Source: Vicinamibacterales bacterium
GTDB lineage: Bacteria > Acidobacteriota > Vicinamibacteria > Vicinamibacterales > 2-12-FULL-66-21
Assembly (NCBI GenBank): GCA_035492775.1
Contig: DATJIW010000082.1
Span: 6,473-70,472 of the forward strand
DNA: 64,000 bases
Direction of reading: 5' to 3'
Shown here piece after piece: positions 28,413 through 36,869 of the stretch. Both the position numbers and the translations under genes were made by a program. Within the stretch, counting starts at the first letter, position 1, and every line of letters starts with the position of its first letter. Below the pieces are notes generated by a model. The model was not told the origin of the DNA. It ran no database searches and saw nothing but the letters and a program-made list of their open reading frames with translations.

Positions 28413-30146
28413 CTAGACGAGCCGCAGCGTGCGCCGTCCGTCGAGCTGCTCGAACAGCTGCGCGGCCGCGCGATGGTGCGCTTCCGCTTTCTTGAGCACG
28501 CCGGCGAACGCCTTCGTCGAGCGTAGCGCATCCAGCCACGGATCGGTCGACAGCGTCGGGAAACAAAAGAAGCCGCCGTCGACTGCGCGGCGGGCCAGAT
28601 CCAGCGCCGGCTCCGTTGCTCCCAGGTGCGCGAGATGACGCGCCGAGTAGAACATCGCTTCGGGATCGCGGAAGTCCGACATGAACCGTTGGATGGCCGC
28701 AACGCTCTCGGTCCGCTTTCCTTCGAGCAGCGTACGAGCGCCGGTGACGAGATCCCTCACGCGCGTCGGGATCTTCTGCTCGATCTCGCGGGCGGCCTCG
28801 ATTGCTTCGGTCCGGCGGCCGAGTTCGGCCATCGAGAGTGGAACGATGTATGGAAATTCACCTGGTTTGACCGTCGCGACGCGCGCGTGATCTCCCTGCA
28901 GGAACCACGTGTGGACCACACTGGTCCGCAGCTTTGGCTCGAGTGCGATCGCGCGCGTATGCGCGGCAACCGACGCGTCGAGCAAGCCGCAATACCGGCA
29001 GGTCGTCACGAGTCCCGCGAGCAACTCGGGGTCCGCCACCCGCGCACGCTCGACGAGTCGCGCCATCGCTTCCATTGCGCGGCCTCGATCGACGTCGACC
29101 TGCGCGAACAGCTTGTGCGCGAGCGTGAGATCGGGATTGAGTTCGAGCGCGCGCTGAAACGCCTTCTCCGCCTGATCGAGAGACTCGGCGGTGCCTGCCG
29201 GCAGGTATTTGCCCGTGACGTGATAGATCCGTCCGAGCCGCGCCCACGCTGGTGCATAGTGCGGATCTTCCTCGGTGCATCGCAGGTAGAGATCGCGGGC
29301 GACGGTCCACTGTTTCGCGTCGTGACTGAGTTGATTGCCGCGCAGGTAGTACTCGTACGCCTTGGCGGTGCGCGGCACGTCACGGCGCAGCAACTGCTGC
29401 TCGCGGACGGTCAGCGGCAGTGACAGCGAATCGACGATGCGGCGCGTCAATTCGTCCTGCACCTGGAACACGTCGCTCATGGGCGACTGCGCCGTGTTCG
29501 ACCAGAGCAGGGTGCCGGTGCCCGCGTCGGTGAGCTGACTCGTGACGCGCACCTGGTCTCCGGATCGCAGCAGCGTGCCGCTGACGATGACGTCGACGTC
29601 CGCGTCGGCGGCGATCTTTTTCGGATCGAGCGCGGAGGCATCCGCTCCGAACCGCGCCGCCGCGACACTCGATCGCACGACCAGCGACTCCAGGCCTGAA
29701 AGCGACGCCGTCAACGCATCCGGCAGGCTGAAGGTCAGGAACTCCGTATCGGGATCGGGCCTGAGCATCCGGAACGGGAGCACGATGAGGCGTGTCACCT
29801 TCGGCGCCTCGCCCGGCGCCACCTGCGTCACCGGCATCAGAAACCGGTATCCGCGGCGAGGCAGCGTCTCGACGAACTGCGGCTTGTCGGCGGTGTCGCC
29901 CAGCGCGTCGCGGATCTGCCGGATGCAGAAATTGAGGCCCTGGTCGAAGTCGACGAAGGTGTCGCCGTGCCAGACGTGATCCCGAATCTCGTTGCGTGTG
30001 ACCACGTTACCGCTGTGGCGTGCCAGGAGCTCCAGCACTTTCAGCGGCTGCGGCGCCAGCTTCACCGCATCGCCGTGCAGGCGCAATTCCCCGCGGTTCG
30101 GATCCAGCTCGAACTCTCTGAAGCGGAGCACCGCCGGTTCGCTCAT
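28413..30146 (-). CDS. CadC/OmpR-type winged-helix regulator fused to TolB-N-like and TPR region
   Basis: FREFELDPNRGELRLHGDAVKLAPQPLKVLELLARHSGNVVTRNEIRDHVW...VETLPRRGYRFLMP. The C-terminal half has TPR-like helices (AEKAFQRALELNPDLTLAH). Confidence 0.8.
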   Translation of the reverse strand: MSEPAVLRFREFELDPNRGELRLHGDAVKLAPQPLKVLELLARHSGNVVTRNEIRDHVWHGDTFVDFDQGLNFCIRQIRDALGDTADKPQFVETLPRRGYRFLMPVTQVAPGEAPKVTRLIVLPFRMLRPDPDTEFLTFSLPDALTASLSGLESLVVRSSVAAARFGADASALDPKKIAADADVDVIVSGTLLRSGDQVRVTSQLTDAGTGTLLWSNTAQSPMSDVFQVQDELTRRIVDSLSLPLTVREQQLLRRDVPRTAKAYEYYLRGNQLSHDAKQWTVARDLYLRCTEEDPHYAPAWARLGRIYHVTGKYLPAGTAESLDQAEKAFQRALELNPDLTLAHKLFAQVDVDRGRAMEAMARLVERARVADPELLAGLVTTCRYCGLLDASVAAHTRAIALEPKLRTSVVHTWFLQGDHARVATVKPGEFPYIVPLSMAELGRRTEAIEAAREIEQKIPTRVRDLVTGARTLLEGKRTESVAAIQRFMSDFRDPEAMFYSARHLAHLGATEPALDLARRAVDGGFFCFPTLSTDPWLDALRSTKAFAGVLKKAEAHHRAAAQLFEQLDGRRTLRLV

Positions 30147-30268
30147 CGAAAACTCATTCCGAACTCATGAGCCGTCTATGGAAGGCGGGATCAGCCGCAA
30201 CTATAACTGCCTTCGTCGGGACGCACCAGCGGTGACACGGCACACGGCTTCTCGCCGGGAGGTGAGTG

Positions 30269-30853
30269 ATGAGGCTCGAGGTTGGAACGCAGGCACCGGT
30301 ATTCAAGACCCAGGCGATTGGAGGACGGATCGTTGATCTGGCGGCGCTTCGCGGCCGGACCGTGTTGCTCAAGTTCTATCGGTTTGCCACCTGCCCCGTG
30401 TGCAACCTGCACCTGCACCACTTCATCCGCGACTATCAGGTACTCGAAGCGCTCGGGCTCACGACGGTCGTCCTGTTTCATTCGCCCGCCGAGACGCTGG
30501 CAGAAACGCGCCGCGAAGACGCGCCATTCGACCTCGTTCCCGACCCGGAAAAGCGGATCTTCCGCGCGTTCGGAGTCGAAACGGGTCTGAGGGGCTTGTT
30601 CTCGCCCACTGTGATGCGCGATTACGCGCGCGCGCTGGCGGCGGGGTATCCGAGCGGCATGTTCTCGCACGACGGCGGCATCCTCGGCAACCCCGCCGAC
30701 TTCATCATCGACGGCGACGGTCGTATCGCGTTCGCGCACTACGGCCGTCAGTACTCCGACACGCTGAGCGCGGCGGCTATCGCCGACATCAGGCGATCGA
30801 TCGACGCGGGGCAGCCGCTTCCGGCATCCCGTCCGGCGGTTCAACACGCATGA
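30269..30853 (+). CDS. AhpC/TSA (redoxin) family thiol peroxidase-like protein
   Basis: LLKFYRFATCPVCNLHLHHF places a CxxC in the thioredoxin-fold context. GGGAGG lies 6 nt upstream of the ATG at 30269; a GTG at 30266 is also possible. Confidence 0.7.
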   Translation: MRLEVGTQAPVFKTQAIGGRIVDLAALRGRTVLLKFYRFATCPVCNLHLHHFIRDYQVLEALGLTTVVLFHSPAETLAETRREDAPFDLVPDPEKRIFRAFGVETGLRGLFSPTVMRDYARALAAGYPSGMFSHDGGILGNPADFIIDGDGRIAFAHYGRQYSDTLSAAAIADIRRSIDAGQPLPASRPAVQHA

Positions 30854-30891
30854 AAGACGACGTTCACATACACAATCGCGAGAGGTGACAC

Positions 30892-31115
30892 ATGAGTCTA
30901 CGGATTGGCGACACCGCACCGGACTTCGAAGCCGAGACGACCGAAGGGCGGCTTCGCTTTCACCAGTGGCTCGGCGGATCCTGGGGCGTGCTCTTGTCCC
31001 ACCCGAAAGACTTCACGCCGGTGTGCACGACGGAACTCGGCTACCGTATCCCGAGGGATGGAAGGCGCCGCGGCCCTACATCCGGGTCGTTCCTCAGCCC
31101 GGCGTGTTCGCGTAA
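30892..31115 (+). pseudogene. 1-Cys peroxiredoxin (Prx6-type) remnant with large internal deletion and frame change
   Basis: The first 51 codons ([51 protein letters not shown]) are a typical 1-Cys Prx N-terminus. The sequence then degenerates. A different frame reads [24 protein letters not shown], which looks like the Prx6 C-terminus. About 150 codons of a normal Prx are missing. Confidence 0.6.
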
Positions 31116-31148
31116 CGTCCGATCGCGAGCCGAGTGGTGGATGCGCCG

Positions 31149-31679
31149 CTAGGAGGCGGCGCGTCCCTCGTACGCGGCCTCGAGGCCGGCGATGTCGAGC
31201 TTCTTCATCTTGAGCATCGCTTCCATCGTGCGATTCGCCTTCTCGCGGTCGGGGCTCATCAGCATTTTCTCGAGCGGCTTTGCGTGGACCTGCCACGCGA
31301 AGCCGTACTTGTCCGCCAGCCAGCCGCACTGCTGCGCCTTCGGGTCGCCCCCTTCGGTCAGCCTGCTCCAGAAGTAGTCGATCTCTTCCTGCGTATCGCA
31401 ATCCACGAGGAGCGAGAGCGCGCCTGTCGGCTTGAAGATCGGGCCGCCGTCGAGCGCCATGAAGCGCTGCCCGTCGAGCTCGAATACCGCCGTGATCACC
31501 TTGCCCTTCATCGTCGGAGGCCAGGGCGCGTTCTTGATGCCGTCCGGATATCGCTCGATGTGCACGATTCGAGACACTCCCCGTTTGCCGGGGGCGCTGG
31601 CAAACGTCGAGACATAGAAGTTCACCGCTTCTTCGCAGCGATCCTCGAACCACAACGACGGAACGATGCGCTGATTCAT
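31149..31679 (-). CDS. VOC-family protein (3-demethylubiquinone-9 3-methyltransferase-domain / PhnB-like)
   Basis: [26 protein letters not shown]...[22 protein letters not shown]...[14 protein letters not shown] is the characteristic pattern of this family. Confidence 0.7.
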   Translation of the reverse strand: MNQRIVPSLWFEDRCEEAVNFYVSTFASAPGKRGVSRIVHIERYPDGIKNAPWPPTMKGKVITAVFELDGQRFMALDGGPIFKPTGALSLLVDCDTQEEIDYFWSRLTEGGDPKAQQCGWLADKYGFAWQVHAKPLEKMLMSPDREKANRTMEAMLKMKKLDIAGLEAAYEGRAAS

Positions 31680-31780
31680 TTGATGGCCGTCCTTTCTCTC
31701 GAAATTCGACTCCGTTGCTGGCTAGTCGAATGGCGCGCCGGCAAATCGACAACGGCAGTATCATCCCGCCGGAGGAAGTC

Positions 31781-33616
31781 ATGACGCAGGCATTTTCGAT
31801 TCCCCTTGCCGCCCTGCTGACTATCGCTCCATTCCGCGGTGCCGGTCAGGAGCACGCTCACCAGGCGGCGGCGGGAGAAACACTCGGAACCGTACATTTT
31901 GAGACCTCGTGCTCCGCCGAAGCTCAGCCATCGTTCGATCGGGCAATGGCCCTGCTGCACTCCTTCGAGTTCGGCGCTGCCGTCGCCGCATTCGACGCCA
32001 CGCTCCAGCAGGATCCCTCATGCGCGATGACCGAGTGGGGGATCGCGCTCAGCCGCTGGGCGAACCCGTTTGCGGTCGGTATTCGGTCGGCGGCGCAATT
32101 GCAGCAGGGGCTCGCGGCAGTCGAGCGCGGCCGCGCCATCGGTGCGAAGACCGCTCGCGAGCGGGCCTACATCGACGCGGTCGCGAATCTCTACACGAAC
32201 GCGGAGCGCCCGCAGCAGGCTCGCGTCGAGGCCTATCGGGACGCGATGGGAGAAGTCTCGAAGCGGTATCCACAGGATCCCGAAGCGAAAATTTTCTATG
32301 CCCTGTCGCTCACGGCGGCCGAAGATCTGAACGACAAAACATACGCGAGCCGGCTGCAGGCGCTCGCGATCCTGGAACCGCTGTTCGCGCAGCAGCCGAA
32401 CCACCCGGGCCTCGCGCATTACATCATTCACAGTTGTGACGTTCCGCCTCTCGCGCCGCGCGCGCTGGAAGCAGCGACGCGTTATGCCCGGATCGCGCCA
32501 TCGGCGCCGCACGCGCTGCACATGCCATCGCACACCTTCACGAGGCTCGGATTGTGGCAGGAATCGATCGACGCCAACATCGCGTCCGCCGAAGTTGCGC
32601 GAGCGCAGCACACGGTATCCGAGGAGCTGCACGCGACCGACTACCAGATGTACGCGTACCTGCAGACCGGCCAGGATGCAGCCGCCAGGCGGCTGCTACA
32701 GTCACTCCCGGACATCGTCGATCGCTCGCGCGGAAAAACCGTCGCCTCGGCTGCCCCGCCATCGGCGGGAAGCTACGCCGCGTCGGCGATTCCGGCGCGA
32801 TGGGCGCTCGAGCGCGGCGCATGGGCGGACGCCGCGAAGCTCGAGATGCGGACGTCCGACCTCCCGTACGCGGACGCACTCACCGCGTATGCGAGGGCCG
32901 TCGGCGCTGCGCGCTCGGGAGATGTCGCAGCCGCGCGCATTGGTGTGGCGCAGCTCGAGGCGCTCGTCAAGCGACAGGCGGCGTTGAACGAAACGTACTG
33001 GGCCGGCCAGATCGATATCCAGCGGCAGACCGCGGCGGCGTGGCTGGCGTTTGCGGAAGGACAACCGTCGAAAGCGCTCGCGCAGATGCGGGCGGCTGCG
33101 GACGCAGAGGACCGGACGGAGAAGGCCGCGGTAACGCCGGGACCGCTCGCGCCCGCCCGCGAGCAGCTGGGCGAGATGCTGCTCGCAACGAACGATGCCG
33201 CTGGAGCGCTGAAGGAATTTCAGGCGACGCTTCTCAAGGAACCGAACCGTTTCCGCACGGTGTACGGCGCGGCGAAATCGGCCGCCGCCTCCGGTGATGC
33301 CGCTGCGGCGCATCGCTATTACGGCGACCTGCTGAAGATCTGTTCGCGCGGAGACGTGCCCGGCCGGCCCGAGCTTCAGGAAGCCCGGGCGGCCATGTCG
33401 AAAGCTCAGGCCGAGCGCCGAAGCAATACGATGCGGTTGGTGTTCGTACCCTTCCGGTTGTTGGCGACGCCCCAGCAGTTGGCGGTCTTGGTGAACTGCT
33501 GTGCGTTGATGAGCACGAGCACCGGCTCGAGTCCTGCCGCCACGGCGGCTGGAATCACGATCTCCTCGAGACGGAGTGCGCCCCCGCGGACTTCGCCGAC
33601 CTCGAACGCGACGTGA
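31781..33616 (+). CDS. Secreted TPR-repeat protein
   Basis: ATG at 31781 after GGAGGA. Signal-like N-terminus, then FDRAMALLHSFEFGAAVAAFDATLQQDPSCAMTEWGIA and further TPR-like helices. The last ~70 codons are antisense to the 3' end of the methyltransferase gene and look non-native. Confidence 0.6.
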   Translation: MTQAFSIPLAALLTIAPFRGAGQEHAHQAAAGETLGTVHFETSCSAEAQPSFDRAMALLHSFEFGAAVAAFDATLQQDPSCAMTEWGIALSRWANPFAVGIRSAAQLQQGLAAVERGRAIGAKTARERAYIDAVANLYTNAERPQQARVEAYRDAMGEVSKRYPQDPEAKIFYALSLTAAEDLNDKTYASRLQALAILEPLFAQQPNHPGLAHYIIHSCDVPPLAPRALEAATRYARIAPSAPHALHMPSHTFTRLGLWQESIDANIASAEVARAQHTVSEELHATDYQMYAYLQTGQDAAARRLLQSLPDIVDRSRGKTVASAAPPSAGSYAASAIPARWALERGAWADAAKLEMRTSDLPYADALTAYARAVGAARSGDVAAARIGVAQLEALVKRQAALNETYWAGQIDIQRQTAAAWLAFAEGQPSKALAQMRAAADAEDRTEKAAVTPGPLAPAREQLGEMLLATNDAAGALKEFQATLLKEPNRFRTVYGAAKSAAASGDAAAAHRYYGDLLKICSRGDVPGRPELQEARAAMSKAQAERRSNTMRLVFVPFRLLATPQQLAVLVNCCALMSTSTGSSPAATAAGITISSRRSAPPRTSPTSNAT

Positions 33617-34680
33617 CCCCCCGGCGCGAGCACGCGACGCAGCTCGATGAGCGTGCTCGTGACGAACGCGCGCCAAGCGTCGATCTGTTTTGCGAGCGTC
33701 ACGGGGACTGCGGCCGCGTCGATGCCGCTGAACCAGCAGCGCAGCCAGTTGTCGGTCTGATAGTTCACGACGTCGAGGAACGGCGGCGACGTCACCACCA
33801 GTGAAACGCTGCCCGTCGGGATCTGCGGGGTGTCGCTCGAGGCACCCGCAATCAGGTGCGAGCGTTCCACGCTCTGGCGCAGGGTTCGCCGGACGTCCTC
33901 CGTCACGTCCGCCAGCAGTTTGCGGCTCTTTCCGAGGACGATCGCCGCGACGTCGCGCGGGTCGGGAGCCTGTTTCAGCCGCGCGTTGATCTTCGCCTGC
34001 GACTGCGGCGTCACCGCTTGATTCGGCGGGAGCGTATAAACAGAGAAGAACCCCTTCGAATGCCCCGTCAACCGGTTGACGGCGACCATCCGGATCCATC
34101 GATCCGCGGCGCTCAACGCGTTTGCACGTTCCCGATCGAGGAGGTATTTGCGCAACGCCGAGATCCGGCGCAGCGTCGCCGGGTGATAGAAGACGAGCAG
34201 GTCCTCCGGCATCTCCCCCGGCGCGTCGAAATCGATCCCCGCCAGCGTGTGCGCCACATCGTCCAGCAGTGGCGGCTCCAGGCGCGGCGCACAGAGCACC
34301 GCGCTGAGAGGGTTGACGTCGCAGCCGTACGGAACCCGTGCCATCAGCGCCGCTTCGACGAGCGTGGTCCCGCGGCCCATGAAGGGGTCGTACACGATAT
34401 CGCCGGGACGCGTGAGGCGCTCGATGAAGAAGTGCGGCAGCTGCGGTTTGAAACAGGCGCGATAGGAAATCTCGTGGAGGCTGTTCGCCGCGCGCTGCCG
34501 GGCCGTCCAGAATTCGTTCGTGAACGTTGGTACGACGACCGCGCGGCCGTCCGCCGACGTCACCGCGATCTCGCGTTCGCGTGTTCGAGCGCCGCTCCAG
34601 CGGAAGCGCCTGACGGCGTCCTCGAATCCGCCATGGCGCGAATGGGAGGCGAGCACGGCGACACGCGGCTTGCTGATCAT
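33406..34680 (-). CDS. SAM-dependent N6/N4-type DNA methyltransferase (motif I before motif IV), no partner restriction gene visible
   Basis: FKPQLPHFFIERLTRPGDIVYDPFMGRGTTLVEA (AdoMet motif I region) at about residue 100. LVVTSPPFLDVVNY (SPPF catalytic motif IV) at about residue 300. Confidence 0.65.
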   Translation of the reverse strand: MISKPRVAVLASHSRHGGFEDAVRRFRWSGARTREREIAVTSADGRAVVVPTFTNEFWTARQRAANSLHEISYRACFKPQLPHFFIERLTRPGDIVYDPFMGRGTTLVEAALMARVPYGCDVNPLSAVLCAPRLEPPLLDDVAHTLAGIDFDAPGEMPEDLLVFYHPATLRRISALRKYLLDRERANALSAADRWIRMVAVNRLTGHSKGFFSVYTLPPNQAVTPQSQAKINARLKQAPDPRDVAAIVLGKSRKLLADVTEDVRRTLRQSVERSHLIAGASSDTPQIPTGSVSLVVTSPPFLDVVNYQTDNWLRCWFSGIDAAAVPVTLAKQIDAWRAFVTSTLIELRRVLAPGGHVAFEVGEVRGGALRLEEIVIPAAVAAGLEPVLVLINAQQFTKTANCWGVANNRKGTNTNRIVLLRRSA

Positions 34681-34791
34681 GCCGCGTTAGAGAGTAACAC
34701 TCCTCGTTTGACAACCCCCCTGCTTGCGCGCAGACTGGCTCTCTTCACTTCGTCGCTCATCGTCACAACGTCGCCCTGAGAGGTGGGAACC

Positions 34792-35667
34792 ATGCGCAAG
34801 GTCAGTTGTTTTGCCGCCGTGGTGTTGTCGCTCGTCGGCGTTCGTCAGCCCCTCGCCCAGTCGTTGCCCACGTCCCAGCCGAAATACGTCCAGGTGATCA
34901 TCGAAGACGTCAAAGTCGGTCACGACGATGACCACTCGAAGAGCGAAGCCGGCTGGGGTGTGGCGTTCGAGAAAGCGAAGTACCCGTATTTCAACCTGGG
35001 CATGGTGGCACTCACGGGTTCGCCCCAGGCCTGGTTCATGGTGCCGTTCGAGTCGAATCAGGCCTATGGTGAATCGATGAAGCGGAGCGCGGAGGACCCT
35101 GTGCTCGCCGCAGAGCTCTCGCGGCTGTCGCGTGCCGATTCGGCGCACATCAACAGCGCGCGGACGCTGTTGCTCGCGGCCCGCAAGGACTTGAGCCATG
35201 GAGCGTTTCCGGATCTCGGTAAACAACGCTTCTATCAGGTCACGTTGTTCCGCGTGCGCCCCGGACACGAAAGCCAGTTCGAGGCAGCGGCGAAGGCGTA
35301 TGGCGCCGCCGCCGATCGGGCAGCCCCGGACTCGGCGTATCGGATTTACGAAGTGGAAGAGGGAATGCCGGGCCCGGTGTACATGATCATGACGTCCGTC
35401 GCCGCCTTTGGGGATTTCGACAAGAGAAGCAGCGAGGGCGAGCAGATCATGAAGTCGGCGAACAAGGAGGAGATGGACACGCTGCAGAAGTTCTCGAGCG
35501 AAGCGCTCATCAACGCCGAGCAGCACCGGTTCCGCATCGATCCCAACATGTGCTACGTCCCGAAGGAGGTTCGCGACCAGGATCCGGCGTTCTGGAATCC
35601 GAAGAAGCCGGCGGTCAAGGCGACGACGCCGCAGCAGCCGCAGCGTGAGTCGTCACGTCAGAGGTGA
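34792..35667 (+). CDS. Hypothetical periplasmic protein, two tandem alpha+beta halves
   Basis: Signal peptide MRKVSCFAAVVLSLVGVRQPLAQS. Two similar halves (YVQVIIEDVKVGH... and FYQVTLFRVRPGHESQFEAAAKAY...). The stop is 3 nt before the next gene's GTG. Confidence 0.55.
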   Translation: MRKVSCFAAVVLSLVGVRQPLAQSLPTSQPKYVQVIIEDVKVGHDDDHSKSEAGWGVAFEKAKYPYFNLGMVALTGSPQAWFMVPFESNQAYGESMKRSAEDPVLAAELSRLSRADSAHINSARTLLLAARKDLSHGAFPDLGKQRFYQVTLFRVRPGHESQFEAAAKAYGAAADRAAPDSAYRIYEVEEGMPGPVYMIMTSVAAFGDFDKRSSEGEQIMKSANKEEMDTLQKFSSEALINAEQHRFRIDPNMCYVPKEVRDQDPAFWNPKKPAVKATTPQQPQRESSRQR

Positions 35668-35670
35668 CAG

Positions 35671-36219
35671 GTGGCGGCGACCAATCCTCTGGGTATCGAT
35701 CTTGATTTGCTCGACCCGGCCGATGCCAGGGCGCGGATCATCTCGTCCTGCGTGCGGTGCTGGTTCGAACGGAACCCGTCGGGACACCGCAACTGGGGCG
35801 ACTGCAGCGGGTTCGTGAAGGCCGTGCAGAAGGATCTCGGACTCCGGCCGTTCACCGGGCAGGCGAATGACATCTATTCGGAGGTCGTGGACCGTAACGA
35901 CTGGCTCGTGCTCGGCCACGGTGCCGAAGGCGCGAGCAAGGCAGGTGCGGCCGCGAATGCGGGAGCACTGACGGTCGCCGTATGGGAGAACCGTGCTCAG
36001 CCGGGGGAACCTGGCTGGGCGCGGCACCCTGGTCACGGTCACATCGCCATCGTCACGGCGTACCTGCCGATGCTTGGCCATACGCCTGAACAGCACTCGA
36101 TCGGCGCGTGGGGCCAGCTCGGGAAGGTCGGCCACCTGATGGATCGAATGAGTCAGAGCTTCGGCCATGGGAAGCGCGCGTCGATCCGGTACGCCCGTTC
36201 GTTATCGGCGATCTTCTGA
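35671..36219 (+). CDS. Tse1/Tae1-like NlpC/P60 (papain-fold) peptidoglycan amidase, no signal peptide
   Basis: 182 aa. GTG start, with GAGGTG four nt upstream. SSCVRCWFER...NWGDCSGFVKAVQKDLGL (candidate catalytic Cys45) and GHGHIAIVTA (candidate His124). From memory this aligns along its length with P. aeruginosa Tse1 (...DNCSGFVQSVAAELGV...YGHVAVVISG...). Confidence 0.55.
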   Translation: MAATNPLGIDLDLLDPADARARIISSCVRCWFERNPSGHRNWGDCSGFVKAVQKDLGLRPFTGQANDIYSEVVDRNDWLVLGHGAEGASKAGAAANAGALTVAVWENRAQPGEPGWARHPGHGHIAIVTAYLPMLGHTPEQHSIGAWGQLGKVGHLMDRMSQSFGHGKRASIRYARSLSAIF

Positions 36220-36232
36220 CCCTTCCGCCCCG

Positions 36233-36308
36233 GCTGTCCCCATTTTTCGACAAAAAAGGGGACAGTCCCCATTTTTTGACAAGAAAGGGGACTGTCCCCA
36301 TTTTTTGA
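36233..36308. repeat. Three tandem ~30 bp AT-rich palindromic units (GGGGAC-N-GTCCCC stems flanked by A6/T6 runs); terminator-like array
   Basis: Read directly: ctgtccccatttttcgacaaaaaaggggacagtccccattttttgacaagaaaggggactgtccccattttttgatg. It follows the amidase-like gene stop (36219) and precedes ogt. Confidence 0.8.
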
Positions 36309-36359
36309 TGTCCGGAAATGGCCAGCGCACGCAGGGGACGGGTGCTATCTTGGCTGCAA

Positions 36360-36869
36360 ATGGCCAAGACCTTCAAACATCACGTCTGCAAACGAATGCG
36401 ATCGCCGGTCGGCGTGCTGACCCTGGCGGCAACCGACGACGGCTTGTCGGCCATCCTCTGGGAACACGACCGCGACGGCCGCGTGCCGCTGAACATCACC
36501 GGCGAGGACGATGACCACCCCGTCCTCGTCGAAGCCGAACGTCAGCTGACCGAGTATTTCGCCGGACGGCGTACGCGATTCGCGCTGCCGCTGGACGTCG
36601 CGGGCACCCCGTTCCAGCGCCAGGTCTGGAACGCGCTGATGACGATCCCCTTCGGAGAAACGCGCTCTTATTCCGACATCGCGCGCCAGATCGGCAGTCC
36701 GACCGCGCAGCGTGCCGTCGGAGCCGCGAACGGCAGGAATCCGCTGTCGATCGTTGCCCCGTGCCACCGCGTCGTCGGCGCGTCAGGCGCGCTGACGGGA
36801 TTCGCCGGCGGACTCGACGTCAAGGCGCGGCTGCTCGCACGCGAGGCCGCGCCGATCAACGCCTCGTGA
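36360..36869 (+). CDS. ogt: Methylated-DNA--protein-cysteine methyltransferase
   Basis: FQRQVWNALMTIPFGETRSYSDIARQIG...ANGRNPLSIVAPCHRVVGASGALTGFAGGL (PCHR active site). ATG at 36360 is chosen; the ORF track starts at 36318. Confidence 0.85.
   Translation: MAKTFKHHVCKRMRSPVGVLTLAATDDGLSAILWEHDRDGRVPLNITGEDDDHPVLVEAERQLTEYFAGRRTRFALPLDVAGTPFQRQVWNALMTIPFGETRSYSDIARQIGSPTAQRAVGAANGRNPLSIVAPCHRVVGASGALTGFAGGLDVKARLLAREAAPINAS

Noticed and set aside
32702-34714. 670 aa minus-strand ORF overlapping the methyltransferase in another frame
   Set aside because: The 33406-34680 frame carries the DPFMGRGTT and SPPF motifs. This frame is Arg/Gly/Pro-rich, and it is antisense to the TPR gene for half its length.
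36233-36308. Possible CRISPR array (also considered for 749-804 and 49479-49554)
   Set aside because: The units are contiguous or nearly so, with no unique spacers of ~30 bp. The repeats are too short (7-13 bp cores) or too few (3), and no cas genes are present in the window.
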